A stretch of DNA of 64,000 nt from Phoronis australis (taxonomy: Eukaryota; Animalia; Phoronida). Location: contig NMRA01000159.1 in NCBI GenBank assembly GCA_002633005.1, positions 728,739 through 792,738 on the forward strand, in the 5' to 3' direction. The position numbers were made by a program, and so were the translations under genes. Numbering within the stretch: position 1 is the stretch's first letter; each line of letters begins with the position of its first letter. The notes under the pieces were generated by a model. That model was not told where the DNA came from and searched no databases. It saw only the letters and a program-made list of their open reading frames with translations. Shown in pieces: positions 52,601 to 64,000 of the stretch.

Positions 52601-55600
52601 ACTTGGAAGTGCATTTTTCCATGTTGAAGGCTGTTGCCGTGGCGCGTTTGTTCTATATATGGAACAATTAAACTAAAATGTGATTTGAATGGTCTGGCAA
52701 AGGTTTGGCATTCACTTTCATTTAGCAAAGATAATGACCTACACCCTGTTAAACACTGTCTGTGCAGGTCATTCCTGCTCATGCAATGGGAGTGAAGGCA
52801 GAACCAAGATGTGGCTCCTTTTTTGGGCTGTTCACATGTTTTTGTATTGTTTGAGTTTGTACATAGTTGCCAGGGGATTTTTTCTACAAGATAACGAGGG
52901 ATCTGCATTTTTTCTAAAAGGTAACATCAAAGACTAGTTGGTTTCCTCATTAAGGTGTTTCAGTACTGTGGTTCATGACTAAGTTTGCTATTGGTAATCC
53001 ATTACAGTTCAACTGAAGACGATTATTGAGCAGACAGTCTGTGCAATACGCTTCATACTGATCTGGGCTGAGGACCGGGGAGCCAGGTAATTATAGGGTG
53101 AGGTAGGGATGGAGTGAGCGAGCGAGAGAGAGAGGGGTAACGAGTGTTGGGCGGGTGAAGCGAGAGAGAGAGAGGGGTAGCGAGTGTTGGATGGGTGAAG
53201 CGAGAGAGAGACAGAGAGAAGAGGAGGAGGACAACGGGGGCGAGAGGGGAAAGGAAGGAAGGAGGGTTAGACAAACAGGTGGATGGTTGGAGGGAGCGAG
53301 CACTGAAAAGAAGAACGGAGGGGGTGGGGAAGGAGGGAGGGGGACAGAGTGAGTGACTTAGAAAGATGTTACCAACAATTTTTAAAAGAGAATTCAAATG
53401 TAAATGCATATCTCTAAATTCCACATCTGCTGTTTGAATCAAAACTCTAACCATCCAGCAATGGTAAGCCATTATATCTGAAATGGCCATTGCGTGTAGG
53501 GGAGATGGTTGTCAAAGCTGTGTACACTATGGTGATGTAAACAGCAGTTGATGTTATGTCTCAAATATGGGAGCTTGTCACGTGATGCGTGTTGCACACC
53601 AATGATATTCACTCATTTCAAATGTCTTGATTTCAGCACTATTGAACAGTGCATGCTGATTTTTTTTCTGATTTGTATTGTTTCTTTTCACGCTTTGACT
53701 TTATTTCGTTAATTCAGAGCAAAAGCATAGTTTTCAAAAAAGGTGACAAATTCCTTTTACACACAAAATTGCAAAATTTCAGAGCAATAGCCAGTATGTA
53801 ATTCTCTAATAGGTTGGCGACATTTCTTGCACAACTTTCTCGTGGGCTTTGGCTATAATTTCACCAAAGATATAGATTAAATATCCATTCAGGACTGTGT
53901 TTATCTGTAGTGTTCTTTATTTCCAACAGGGGCATCTATATTTCTAGTGTTCTTTATCTCCAACAGGGGTGTGTATAGCTCCACCCTCTAACACAGCGCC
54001 ATCTATACTGAAAAGTGGCCCTGTGGAAACATGGTGAACGAAACACGAAATTTCGTGTGTGTGCATCAATGCGCATGCTTGGTCAGAAGTTTATCAATCA
54101 CATCACCACTACTTGCACACGCCTTCTATGCACAGTACTTGTTTGGGCTCAGCTGTGGGATGGGGGTTCCCTTGGTGTTGTTTACTTCGATCACTGCCCG
54201 TTTTAATAAATTGCAACTATGCAAGTCAAAGGTGGTCGCCATACTGAAAGAGGTTTCCCAAATTTCAACCAATGGGAATGACTGAATGTTATGACGCCAG
54301 TTTCATTACTTTAACCAATAAGAAGCCATGATAAACAACATTCCACAGTGCTACTTTTCGTAGCACTATGAAATAGTGTATGCATAGCTTTAGCGTTCTT
54401 TATCTCCAACAGGAGGGTCTTTGATTAGTGTTTTTTATCTCCAACAGGGCTGTGTATAATTGTCTCTAGTGTTCATTATCTCCAACAGGGCTGTCTATAT
54501 CTCTAGTGTTCATTTTCTCCAACAGGGCTGTCTATATCTCTAGTGTTCATTTTCTCCAACAGGGCTGTCTATATCTCTAGTGTTCATTTTCTCCAACAGG
54601 GCTGTCTACATCTCTTGTGTTCATTATCTCCAACAGGTCTGTCTATATCTCTAGTATTCATTATCTCCAACAAGGCTGTCTATGTCTCTAGTGTTCATTA
54701 TCTCCAACAGGGCTGTCTACATCTCTAGTGCTCATTATCTCCAACACGACTGTTTATATCTCTAGTGTTCATTATCTCCAACAGGACTGTCTATATCTCT
54801 AGTGTTCATTATCTCCAACAGGGGTGTCTATGTCTCTGGCCACTCAGCTGGGGCCCACCTGCTGTCCATGGCCCTTTCTGCATCGTGGGATCGTGCGTTT
54901 GGCTCTTGTGCAAAACTCTTGAAAGGTATGTTGCATGTATGGACTACTACTGCTAGTTTTTGGAACATAGTTGATGAAATCTCTTCTGCAAAATTTCAGA
55001 GGAAAACAATTAAGTGACTTAATTGCGTCGGTGACTAGTGAGAGTCGGTTTATGTTCTGGAATTAGCAGTTATAGACAAGGTCCGACAAGATTAGGTGAT
55101 GCCCTGTAATGACCAAATATGGTTCAGTTTACATATAGCCAACTCTAACAAAAGACTGACTGAATTAATGAATACAGGGTAGCAGTCCATAGACCAAGGG
55201 CCCCAGTGGCGGATTTAGAGGGGGCCATGGCCTCCCCAAAAATTCTCCCAGATTCTATTTGGCAGTTCGGGAGTGCGAATGTCTGACAGGCAAAATCCTG
55301 GCTAAAACTGCCCTGCCCCCTGCCTCCACCGCAAGTACAAGCTAATGTCTTGGGATCTATGGAACACAGCCCTGGTTTAGCTCCTTGCTGTTCATATTTA
55401 TCTGCTCTAACTTGTTTGTACAGGTTTAGTCATGTTACTATGGTATTTTATTTCAAGTACATATTATTTTGCGCACGAATACAGCCATTTTACGGTTTCC
55501 TGTGTTTCAGGCGTCGCCCTCCTTAGTGGTGTCTTCGATGTCCGCTTGATTGTCAACACAGAAAATAACCATCACCTTGGCTTGACACGGTCAGTTGGTC

Positions 55601-57114
55601 CATGTTATTTGAAGTATCATGACATCTGCTAGACCTCTGGGCTGGGTTGCATAAAACTTCAAAATTGTCTGCTGGATAAGTTTGTTTCGTGACGTCAGGT
55701 GCATTGTTCAACAATAGGCAACGTGGCAGGTGATAATGCAACGATATTGTTGCTATGCAGCGTATAACTTTTATGCAACTGGACTCTGGTGTAACTTAGG
55801 ATTGTGGATAAGTCTGTATGTAATATGAAGCCAAATACAAACAAAACTATCTCTTGGGCGGAACTTAAGACAAATCGAAGTTTTATCTTAAAATTGACTT
55901 AAACTTTAGATATGTCTTTAGTTAGCCTAGCCAGTCTTCTTAGAACAGGTCTCTGGTCATTAAATTGGCAGCCAAGTCAATTCATGATATCAGGTTACTA
56001 TACAACAATCTCTGCATATTTAACCACTTTTGACGAATAAAAAAATAATACATTGTGTTGCAGAGATCAAGCGTGGGAGTTGTCTCCCCTGAGACTGGTG
56101 AACCAGTTAGCCACAGAATGCTTAAAGAAACAGTGTGCAGTTATATGCATTGTTGGTGGAAATGAGTCGAAGACTTTCGTCAAGATGACGAAAGATTTCA
56201 GCAAGGTGACTATGCTGCTTAAAATTCAAAATGATTCTAATCCAGGGTCCGGGTTATAACTGTCAGAGGTGAGATGAGGTATATACTGGGGCGGTTTGAA
56301 TTTCAACAAAAAGCCATTGACTGTTTATAGTGTTTTTTTCACCAGAAATCATGAATACTCATCACATATCACATTTTAAAATATCACCAAACGATGAGAC
56401 GGCATCTGACCCCGAAATTTTTAGATTGTTTTAGTGACAAGAACGTTGGCTGTAATTCTCATTCAACACTTCAGGTCAAGATCTAACAAAAGCCATGACT
56501 GCTCTTGCTGCTAAGAGCCATCTGTTGAAGCGCAGAGAATTGAAGGACTCTTAGATCAGCACAAGCATCGTCTGCACTTACTCGCCCTCTTCAATTTTAC
56601 AGTGTTTAGACAACAACGGTCTGAAGAACGAATGCACCGTTATAGAGAATATCGATCACTTCAACTTGATCGAAGAGTTGGTCAACTCAGACTATTCATT
56701 AACAAAGGTATGTGTAATATTACAGTAGTTTGTTGACAGTGATGTGTGTCGTACTTGTCGTTAATATTACTCACTCACCTATGATCTCTGTGCAACATCA
56801 TGATAATTTTGACATTTTAGATTTTGGTTTCTCAAATTTCTGGCCTTTTGTCAAAATAAAATCATTTCACTAGGTGGCGCTAGTGAATGAACAGTGTTAT
56901 TTGCAAAATGTTTGCATTAACTTATCATATGTGACTCCAAGCTCACGAATACCTGTGTATTAATGAATGGGTCGTTCTCTACCTGTTCACACTGAGGTAT
57001 CATGGAAAAGAAAGTTCAGGATTTCATCTTTAATTTTGAACGTACTCATTGGTCCTGGTTGTTAAATGTGAACTCCTTTTCCAGATTATTTTGTCCTTTA
57101 TGGGAGTCAATTGA
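46613..57114 (+). CDS. AFMID: Kynurenine formamidase (arylformamidase)-like alpha/beta hydrolase; exons 46613-46703, 47967-48071, 48738-48786, 50262-50347, 53008-53086, 54822-54925, 55511-55589, 56064-56205, 56603-56707, 57085-57114
   Basis: All introns GT-AG with consistent phases; 290 codons. Motifs NVRYG..VDFFYP, VFIHGGYW, VGYQQAP, GHSAG (Ser), LSGVFD, SPL, NES (acid), DHF (His). Start is either the in-frame ATG at 46604 or a candidate first exon at 42885-42917. Confidence 0.88.
47503..47624. repeat. 19-bp minisatellite (~6 copies)
   Basis: Unit cttttggtgcctcatttac. Confidence 0.95.
47865..47879 (-). promoter_or_regulatory. CTCF consensus site
   Basis: Reverse complement GCCACCAGGGGGCAC. 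Motif only. Confidence 0.45.
51090..51880. mobile_element. PIF/Harbinger-like MITE
   Basis: ~35-bp TIR GGGCTGTTCCAG(C/T)AAAATC..GGGAGGGGGGG; TTA duplicated on both sides (51087-51089, 51881-51883). Confidence 0.85.
53105..53355. repeat. Purine-rich (GA)n low-complexity tract with ~40-bp duplication
   Basis: gcgagagagagagggtaacgagtgttgggcgggtgaa twice, plus GA/GGA runs. Confidence 0.8.
53893..54837 (+). repeat. 37-bp minisatellite overlapping an AFMID splice acceptor, interrupted by an insertion
   Basis: Unit ggctgtctatatctctagtgttcattatctccaacag; ~2 copies before 53980 and ~12 from 54390 to the exon start at 54822. Confidence 0.9.
53981..54383. mobile_element. 403-bp insertion with ATAGCT direct repeats, no TIR, subterminal hairpin
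   Basis: ATAGCT at 53975-53980 and 54384-54389; removing the insert restores one 37-bp unit; hairpin agtgctac-ttttc-gtagcact near 54347-54367. Confidence 0.65.
55204..55330 (+). mobile_element. hAT-like MITE, truncated copy of the 13178 family
   Basis: cagtggcggatttag..aaaattctcccagattc..; one end missing. Confidence 0.6.
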
Positions 57115-58660
57115 CGAGGTCGGAGTAAAATTATGTGTCAAGTTCAAAGTATGGCTTTGAAGCTTGTGAGTAGCAATGATGATCATGTGACCAAGAGACA
57201 GTTATGAAGAAGTGACAGTTCCACTCAGATCCAAGAAATCTGGTGCAACTCGCAGCGGTCATTACTTATTTGCAGAAATGTTATTTTGAAAGCATGCTCG
57301 ATAGCCACTTTCCAGCGACTGCTTAACTGAAACTGTATTCTGGACTTCAGAATGTCGTACACGTATCTTGGAATGGCCAATTGTATTCATATGAAGCTTT
57401 CAAATAGTACGCCTCATGTATTGTTTCCCAAAGTGTTAATAGTAATTGGTTATTTAATTTTCCATTTTTGCTCAAGAGGCCATTTAAAAATAGACTTTTA
57501 TGGTTGTTATGAAAAAAATCGGAAGTTGCATGGAACAAAAGCAAAGCGAGAATTTAGAAAACTGTAACAGCATTTTGGAGATTTTATCTTGAACATTTAT
57601 GTCAAACAAAATTTGGTGATGTAGTTGGTGTCATTGTTTGGCTATTTTCAAAGAAACTTTTAATTTCCGCGGTCTTAGCAGTTTTGAACTGAACAGTGTG
57701 CGAAAAATAAGTTGATCGAATCAAAAACGGAACAATTTAATAGAAAATTGTACGTCGTAAAATATTTGTGTATTTTATTGTTAGCTCTGTCCAAGCTTAT
57801 AAACCACATTTACTTTGATTAATGAACAACAGTCAAATATCCTTTCAGTAAATAGTAAAAATCCATAATTGTCTCCCATGATGCAAGACAGGTTACTAGG
57901 GGAACAGTAATTAACAATGAAGATGTGTCATGTAACCCAAGTCAAATATCTCGTCGCTGGCATTTTGTGAGTGAACAGCTCTACATAACATGCGACAGTA
58001 TTTCCAGCATTCTGCGCAAAAGAGGATAAGTTAAAAACTAGTTGCACTACGCACCAAAAGTAGTCCGACAAAATTACCCAGAATTCTCTGACATGATGTC
58101 TGAGCGGAAGCCGAACTCATCGTCAGAACAGTCTTCCCTCATGACCAAGAATGAAGGGCAATGAAGAGAAAATTTAGTAAGCCATTCTGTGACTAGAACG
58201 TTGCCCCCCCTAATGGTTATTTATTGTAATTTATAAGCCACCATGACTAGTAATGTGTCTGGTTACCTGGGTCTTCTATTGTAACAAAGTTGGCCAGTTT
58301 TGGCACATAACAATTTTATTTTTACAGACATTACCAACTACTTAACAGACAACTCTTTCCTAAATCAAGTTTTGAAATTCTGGATATTGCTTGGAAAGTT
58401 TCTAGTGTCCTGAATTCAATTGATCTTGCATATTAGACATAACTTCGTAAGTCAGGTTTTCACTTAACTCAGTAGTTATGTTTCACCTAATTCGTGCACT
58501 CCGACAATCAGAGAAATAGGATTTCGCTTTACTCTGATGAAATCTCAACTTTTGCGAATGTTAATGTCTTTGTAAATAAATTAATATCTGAGGCTGGATT
58601 GACTGGCAAGGCTGAATGACATAAAACCAGTCGAGAGAAGTCTTGCTGTCATTTAAAATG

Positions 58661-61600
58661 TTATCCATGCTTGAATGCTGATTCGTACTTTTTTAGCAGG
58701 GCCGACTGGCAACTCTCCGGCAGGGTTTTAATGGCCGTCAGTATGGCTGGGTTAAATGTAGAATCACCAGCCAATTGGTTAAGGCGTACGTAGAACATCA
58801 GCCAATCAAGAGCAAGAACTGCCAGATTGTTCTCCGCATGGCTAGGTGGCACCAGTGTTGTTAGGAGACATATGTGACTGAACATTTGTTCGGCAGCAAA
58901 TAGCACGGCCAGCTTGGAAGAACTAGAGGAATCCGGAGGACTGGTCTGTTGGTCTAATGTAGTTTGAATTTCCTGCAAAACAAATATTTGTTTACTAATT
59001 TAATGTAGAACATTTTACGAAAGTCTATGTTATTTTTACTCACAAGTTAAACATTTGCAGTAACAAGTGTAATGACTTTTACTAACATGGACGTATTCCA
59101 TCACACAACAACTCCAAACTATTCACTTACACCCTCACATTGTACAAAGCAGCAAAACTCAACAAAAGTAACCTTTTAAAGTTGAATGCTCATGCCCCAG
59201 CATCTGTGAACCGTAAAGATTAGCAAATTGATCACTTGTTTTTTTAAAATAGAGACAAGCTGGTTGCAACAACTTTTAACATAATGTATATTTTCCATAA
59301 ACAACATGAAAAGATTTGGAACTAAGATGACTGAATCTCCAGGACTACCACAGTACTGTGATGTCCTTATTACTAATGGTTTAGGCTTGACTAGCATCAG
59401 GTATAGTTACACCTGCCAGGCCATGAGCAGGGCAGACAATCTGCCAACCATACAAACTGACTGCAAGGGCATTCTTATTAACATTGTGCATTCTTTTCTC
59501 AACCAACTAATGTTTCCAGTTGTAACATACATATAGGTTGGATACACTGCACCGACCATGTACTACATTGTGTCTAACACATGCAACTTGTGTCTTCTGC
59601 CCTGAAAAGATATGCGTCTGAGGCACAAAACTTGTCACTTAAAAAATTTAGTTTCTATATCCCCAATAGGGCACACTTAGCTTTGGTCTGCACCTGCATA
59701 ATTTTTTAAGCTGCACATCACTCCCTAAAGCTGCATATTGCCCTGCCTTGCTCATAACAAAACAGAAATCAAATTAGGCCTTTTACCCTCGTAAAATCGG
59801 CCACGTAATATCCCTTAACATAAAATTCTATTTCCGTTACCAACAACAACAGAAACCATCAGCATCTCAAGAAAACGCTTCAGCAGGGCTTGGAATGACC
59901 CATGACAACAAAAGCGGAAAATTTTTACGGCCCTATACATGCGTGCACCCGGCCTTGAAAATGTCCTTTTGCCGACAAAAATCGAGAGGACTAAAAAAAA
60001 GGTACCACCTCCAGAAGCGTGCGTCTTTTTAGCTCGTCCGTCCACTCTCAACTCCACACATTTTTGGCTGCAGAGTCGTAGTATTTGTCACCACGATTTA
60101 CAATCTCACAAGACGCCATTGAAGAAATCCACCACGCTATCCCAGGTGTCCCGGCAATGTTGACAATTTACGTTCCTCCGAAACATAAAGAGCAACTTCT
60201 GCTTTTCGAGGTGAAAGTCGTCAGCAACGCCACGGTAAGAAAGAAATTTGCCGCGGAAATTTTATATCAAATCCGATTTTTTTTACGCGGAAATATAACA
60301 AAAATACGTGGACAGAACATTTGAAAAAAGCGGAAATCTGCGTTTCCACGGAAATTCCAAGCCCTGCTTCAGAGTTTATTGGGGTTGGCCGATCCTAAAA
60401 TTGCGCATTCGACAATGGCGCTTGTGCACACTGCCTGTGACCAAAAGTTGCTGGCTCTTTGGGTAACGTTTTGAAATACCACAGTGCTTTGGTTAAGACT
60501 CCAACATTCAAAGCTTAACGGACATGAAAAACATGCACAAAAAATGCTTCCATGATTAACTTGACGTAGTGGCTCGTCAACTCAGCCATATTATTGCTCT
60601 TCTGTGAAAAGAGGAACTTTAATTTGCCGGCCACATTGTGTCCTAAACAGGTGAGAGTTTACCGACCACAGTCAGACAAGAACAACCAATCAAGCTGTTG
60701 GTAGTTTAAAATATACATTTCCACTTATAAATGTCGAGACATGTTTATTTTTTAAACAACCAATGTTAGATTTATAATGCGAAAAATCTTTCATCAAATG
60801 TCAAAATATTTTGAGTTGCACACATACTTTAGAGTTGGTGGCGCAAGGGGAGACAATTTCAAGAACTTGCCTTAATCTCTGCTGAATAGCATGACATCAC
60901 GTGACTCCAGTCCACATGACCTTCTGACTGTGACAAGACCACCAGTGTATCCATCAAGACTTGAGACAGACACAGCGATGAGCGGACATCTGTGGCAGAC
61001 CAACAAAATAAAAGTGACAAAAACAAAGGATGGTAAACCGGGCAGGGGTTCTGGGCTATGAGAACCAGTTTGATGCCCGCTACCGAGTGGAGAAAACTGG
61101 TTATCAAACTGTGGAACTCCTGTATTTGACTATTGACATAAATGGTCTTCCATAAATCCCACAATATAGCAAACAAGGATAACTTGGCTTCGGTAAATTT
61201 GCCAATAATAATGTCAGCATGGTTTTCACCGATTGTACAGTTATTATAAAAGTCAAGTAACAACTTTAGCATGATTTCAATAAACAACATAATTTTTTCA
61301 GAAATGGAAAATATTGCAAATTAACAAGTAACATTAAGCAGAATTGAAAAGCGATAAGTGTGGAAGATTGAAGTATTTTTGAAAAAATTACATTTAAGAG
61401 TATTGGGAGGGAGTGAATAAATGCAGACATCAGTCAGAGAACAGGCAGTAATTTGGGTGAAATTGCTAAAAAACACCACCCACCTGCAAGATTTTCAAGC
61501 ACTAACACGCTCGAGTTGAGATGCCTGACGCACACCTGGAGACACCTGTTATCAATCAGAACCTTCACCATGGCTACTATCCTCTCCCATTCTTTGCCTG

Positions 61601-63883
61601 AACTGATGGGCAACACCTGAAATCAAAGTTTGGCCAGAACACTTCACACTGAACCACAACACTTTTCGTGACACAGGAAACGGGACACGCAAATCTTAAC
61701 GAAATACAATTTCCAATCGTTATTTCGTTGCCAGTACCGCACAGCACACATTGGCAATCTGCCTCCATGTTTCAGATCCTTAATCGACAGCACACAGTAT
61801 TGGTAAACTGGGCTGTACACTTGCTACTGAGAGATATACAGTGCATGCCGAAAGTAATCAGACAAAATACCACGACGGGTCATTCAAACTACACTTTCAC
61901 CAGTTGAAATGGTGGGAATTCCAAGTCATGTACGATTGTTTTTAGTGTACAGTGTACAGTGTACACATGGTATTAACTTTTTGTCTGAAAATGCTACTTG
62001 CTTGGAATGCCGCGATTCCCAACAATATTTTCCACTTCAATGTAATATTCATTTTCCAGCAAAAAGTAGACCTGCGTGGCAATTCAACTGTTGCCAAGCA
62101 TAACTGAATGGATGTACTTAAACATGCAGCACAACGCATTTTATTTACTTTACGCCCGTATTTATTTAGCCTGTATTATATTGCATGGGAAGACGACGGT
62201 CGAGTGCAACTGAAATCGACCACAGAGTTGGAGAATGACACGTCTTGATCGGGACATGGTATTTCGTCCGTTTACTTTTTGCTTTACTTCGCGGCATACA
62301 GAAATCTCTGATACCAGAATGGTAAGTACTATCTTTAATGATTTGCAACAAGTGCACCAAAATTGCCGATTTGAAGACGTGACATTTTGAAACAAGTTCG
62401 TATCACTTACGAAGCTGGACAAAAACACTATTATGATTCTCACTTGTGTCAACGCAATGACAATACTGTGATACAAGTTCGCGATACCCCCTATCACAAT
62501 AAAGTCCAAGACATTGCCAACAGCCGCAGTAATCCAAGAATCAAGTCCGGCTAGCAACAGAAGATTAACCAACACTGGCACTTGATCATCTCCACCAGAT
62601 GGCAGCACCGTCCAGTGAGCAGGTGACAATCTGCACAACTCCAGCACAGCTGGAGGAACTGACTGTTAAAAGAAAAAAAACAGTATTTTTCTTAAAAGTA
62701 AAACCAGTTACTGCACGTAGACTGATTCATTGGTAAAGACAATACAGTGATTTGCAGGCGGATAAGTCATGTTATATAATACAGTCAGTTGTGCTGTCAG
62801 TACTGAAACAACCTAAAACCAAAATTTTGAAGGGTAAAATTTAACTAGCGAATTTTGTTTCTTTATACTAATAGATACAAAAGCCTGTTTGAAATTTTCT
62901 TTTAAGGCCTCTTAGCCCAAAACCTCAGTCGCCAAAAACCAAGACATACTGACTTCATTGTTTTTGACAGCAGAGTTTTCGAAGTAATAGGTTTACAAAG
63001 AAAATCCCAGATATTCGTTTGTAACTAATAGAATAAAGAAATGGAACTTGCAAGTTTCATGCGAAAAATAATGAGTACTGTAAAGTTACATATCGGAGCC
63101 GTGAAATTTATTGAAACCACATCATTGGCACGCGTCATGAGATGTGACCTCTGGCAGATTGTCGGACGGAATAAATTCCGCCATTCCACCCAATAATACC
63201 AAAAGCAAGTGGTTTCAAAAAACTTTCATGACTCCAAACGATAACTTCACATTACTCATATTCTAACAGACTTGGTGACATGAACATTCATTCTACCAAA
63301 AATTCATGTTAGTGGAAATTACTGCAGACTTAAGACTTTTCAAAAGAACGTAGACACATGATTACCAATACCTGGAGATTATTTTTGTGCACGTAACAAG
63401 ATTCTGGATCATAAGTGAAAATTTGCCGGCATTATAACAGCAGGATAGGTGTTAAAACACTGTTTATGCCAGTAGGTTGAAACCTCCCGTCGGCATTACA
63501 TGGGATCTGTAGATGGCGCCAAACACCTGTCCAGCAAACACGTGTTTGCCATTAGTGAAATAGAGAATTTCAATATAGTAATGAAGGTAGCCTATCACCT
63601 TAAACTGCATCCGAACAGAAACAACATTCATTGTGATTATCACCCTCAGAGATCAATAACTCAGTTTCATTAAAAAATAACATAATTGTAAACTTTCAAA
63701 GTCTAAATTTTACGGGATGTTCAAAATTTTACTTGATGCCCGCTAAACAGTACATTTTATGCAAACATGACTCACTCACCAGTTTACAGACATCGTCTGC
63801 TGTGTTGAGATCATTAAGTACATAATACTTCGTGGTCCAGTGAAGATCTCCACATTTTGCCTCAAGCCAGGTCAATATTTTCC
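58661..63883 (-). CDS. GEMIN4: Gem-associated protein 4 (SMN complex), C-terminal part; exons 63883-63780, 62662-62444, 61616-61484, 60989-60871, 58972-58661
   Basis: Phase-consistent splicing gives ILTWLEAKCGDLHWT..VPPAVLELCRLS..W..IALTQVLPISSGKEWER..LFAAEQMFSH..LAVLALDWL..LLKK. This is colinear with the recalled human GEMIN4 C-terminus (WLHRKLEQLDWT..VPATLFEICKLS..ALVQVMPWCSPQEW..LFVYTQVFCH..LYVLALETL). The 5' part lies beyond the window. Confidence 0.8.
59884..60366. mobile_element. hAT-like MITE with 6-bp TSD
   Basis: TIR CAGGGCTTGGAAT / ATTCCAAGCCCTG; CTTCAG flanks both ends (59878-59883, 60367-60372). Confidence 0.8.
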
Positions 63884-64000
63884 CTGGGTAACACAAGCAG
63901 AGTTAGAACAGGGAATTTTGAGAATTCAAGAAGGTGCCGAGAGCAGGATTTTTTTCTTGTAAAACGCCATAAATTGTGAGTCACAGGCTGGGACTAAAGT

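Noticed and set aside
53053-53490. Pro/Ser/Leu-rich and Glu/Arg/Gly-rich ORFs
   Set aside because: Translations of a GA-rich low-complexity intronic tract.
59176-59600. Possible extra GEMIN4 exon
   Set aside because: Frames are interrupted by stops, and the flanking exons already join in phase colinearly with GEMIN4.

Overview
AT-rich eukaryotic (bilaterian invertebrate, probably lophotrochozoan) genomic DNA with spliceosomal genes, many repeats and one 777-N gap (36596-37372). Genes reconstructed by hand from GT/GC-AG boundaries and codon phase: (1) a + strand type II membrane protein with a DxD-like motif, made of two visible exons (5465-5716, 19403-20180) across a 13.7 kb intron; (2) a 10-exon + strand kynurenine formamidase/AFMID-like alpha/beta hydrolase (46613-57114); (3) the 3' five exons of a - strand GEMIN4 orthologue (58661-63883), whose last intron is GC-AG. 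Mobile DNA: tandem Helentron-type non-autonomous elements, three decayed non-LTR retrotransposons (RTEX/L2-like, L1/Tx1-like, HERO-like), several MITEs, and an internally deleted TTAA-flanked Kolobok-like transposon that keeps an intact THAP ORF facing a P2X7-C/KolX-like remnant. The most notable oddities are a 37-bp minisatellite made of copies of the splice acceptor of the AFMID catalytic exon, and possible interleaved or unannotated - strand transcripts. Family assignments come from recalled motifs; no database search was run.
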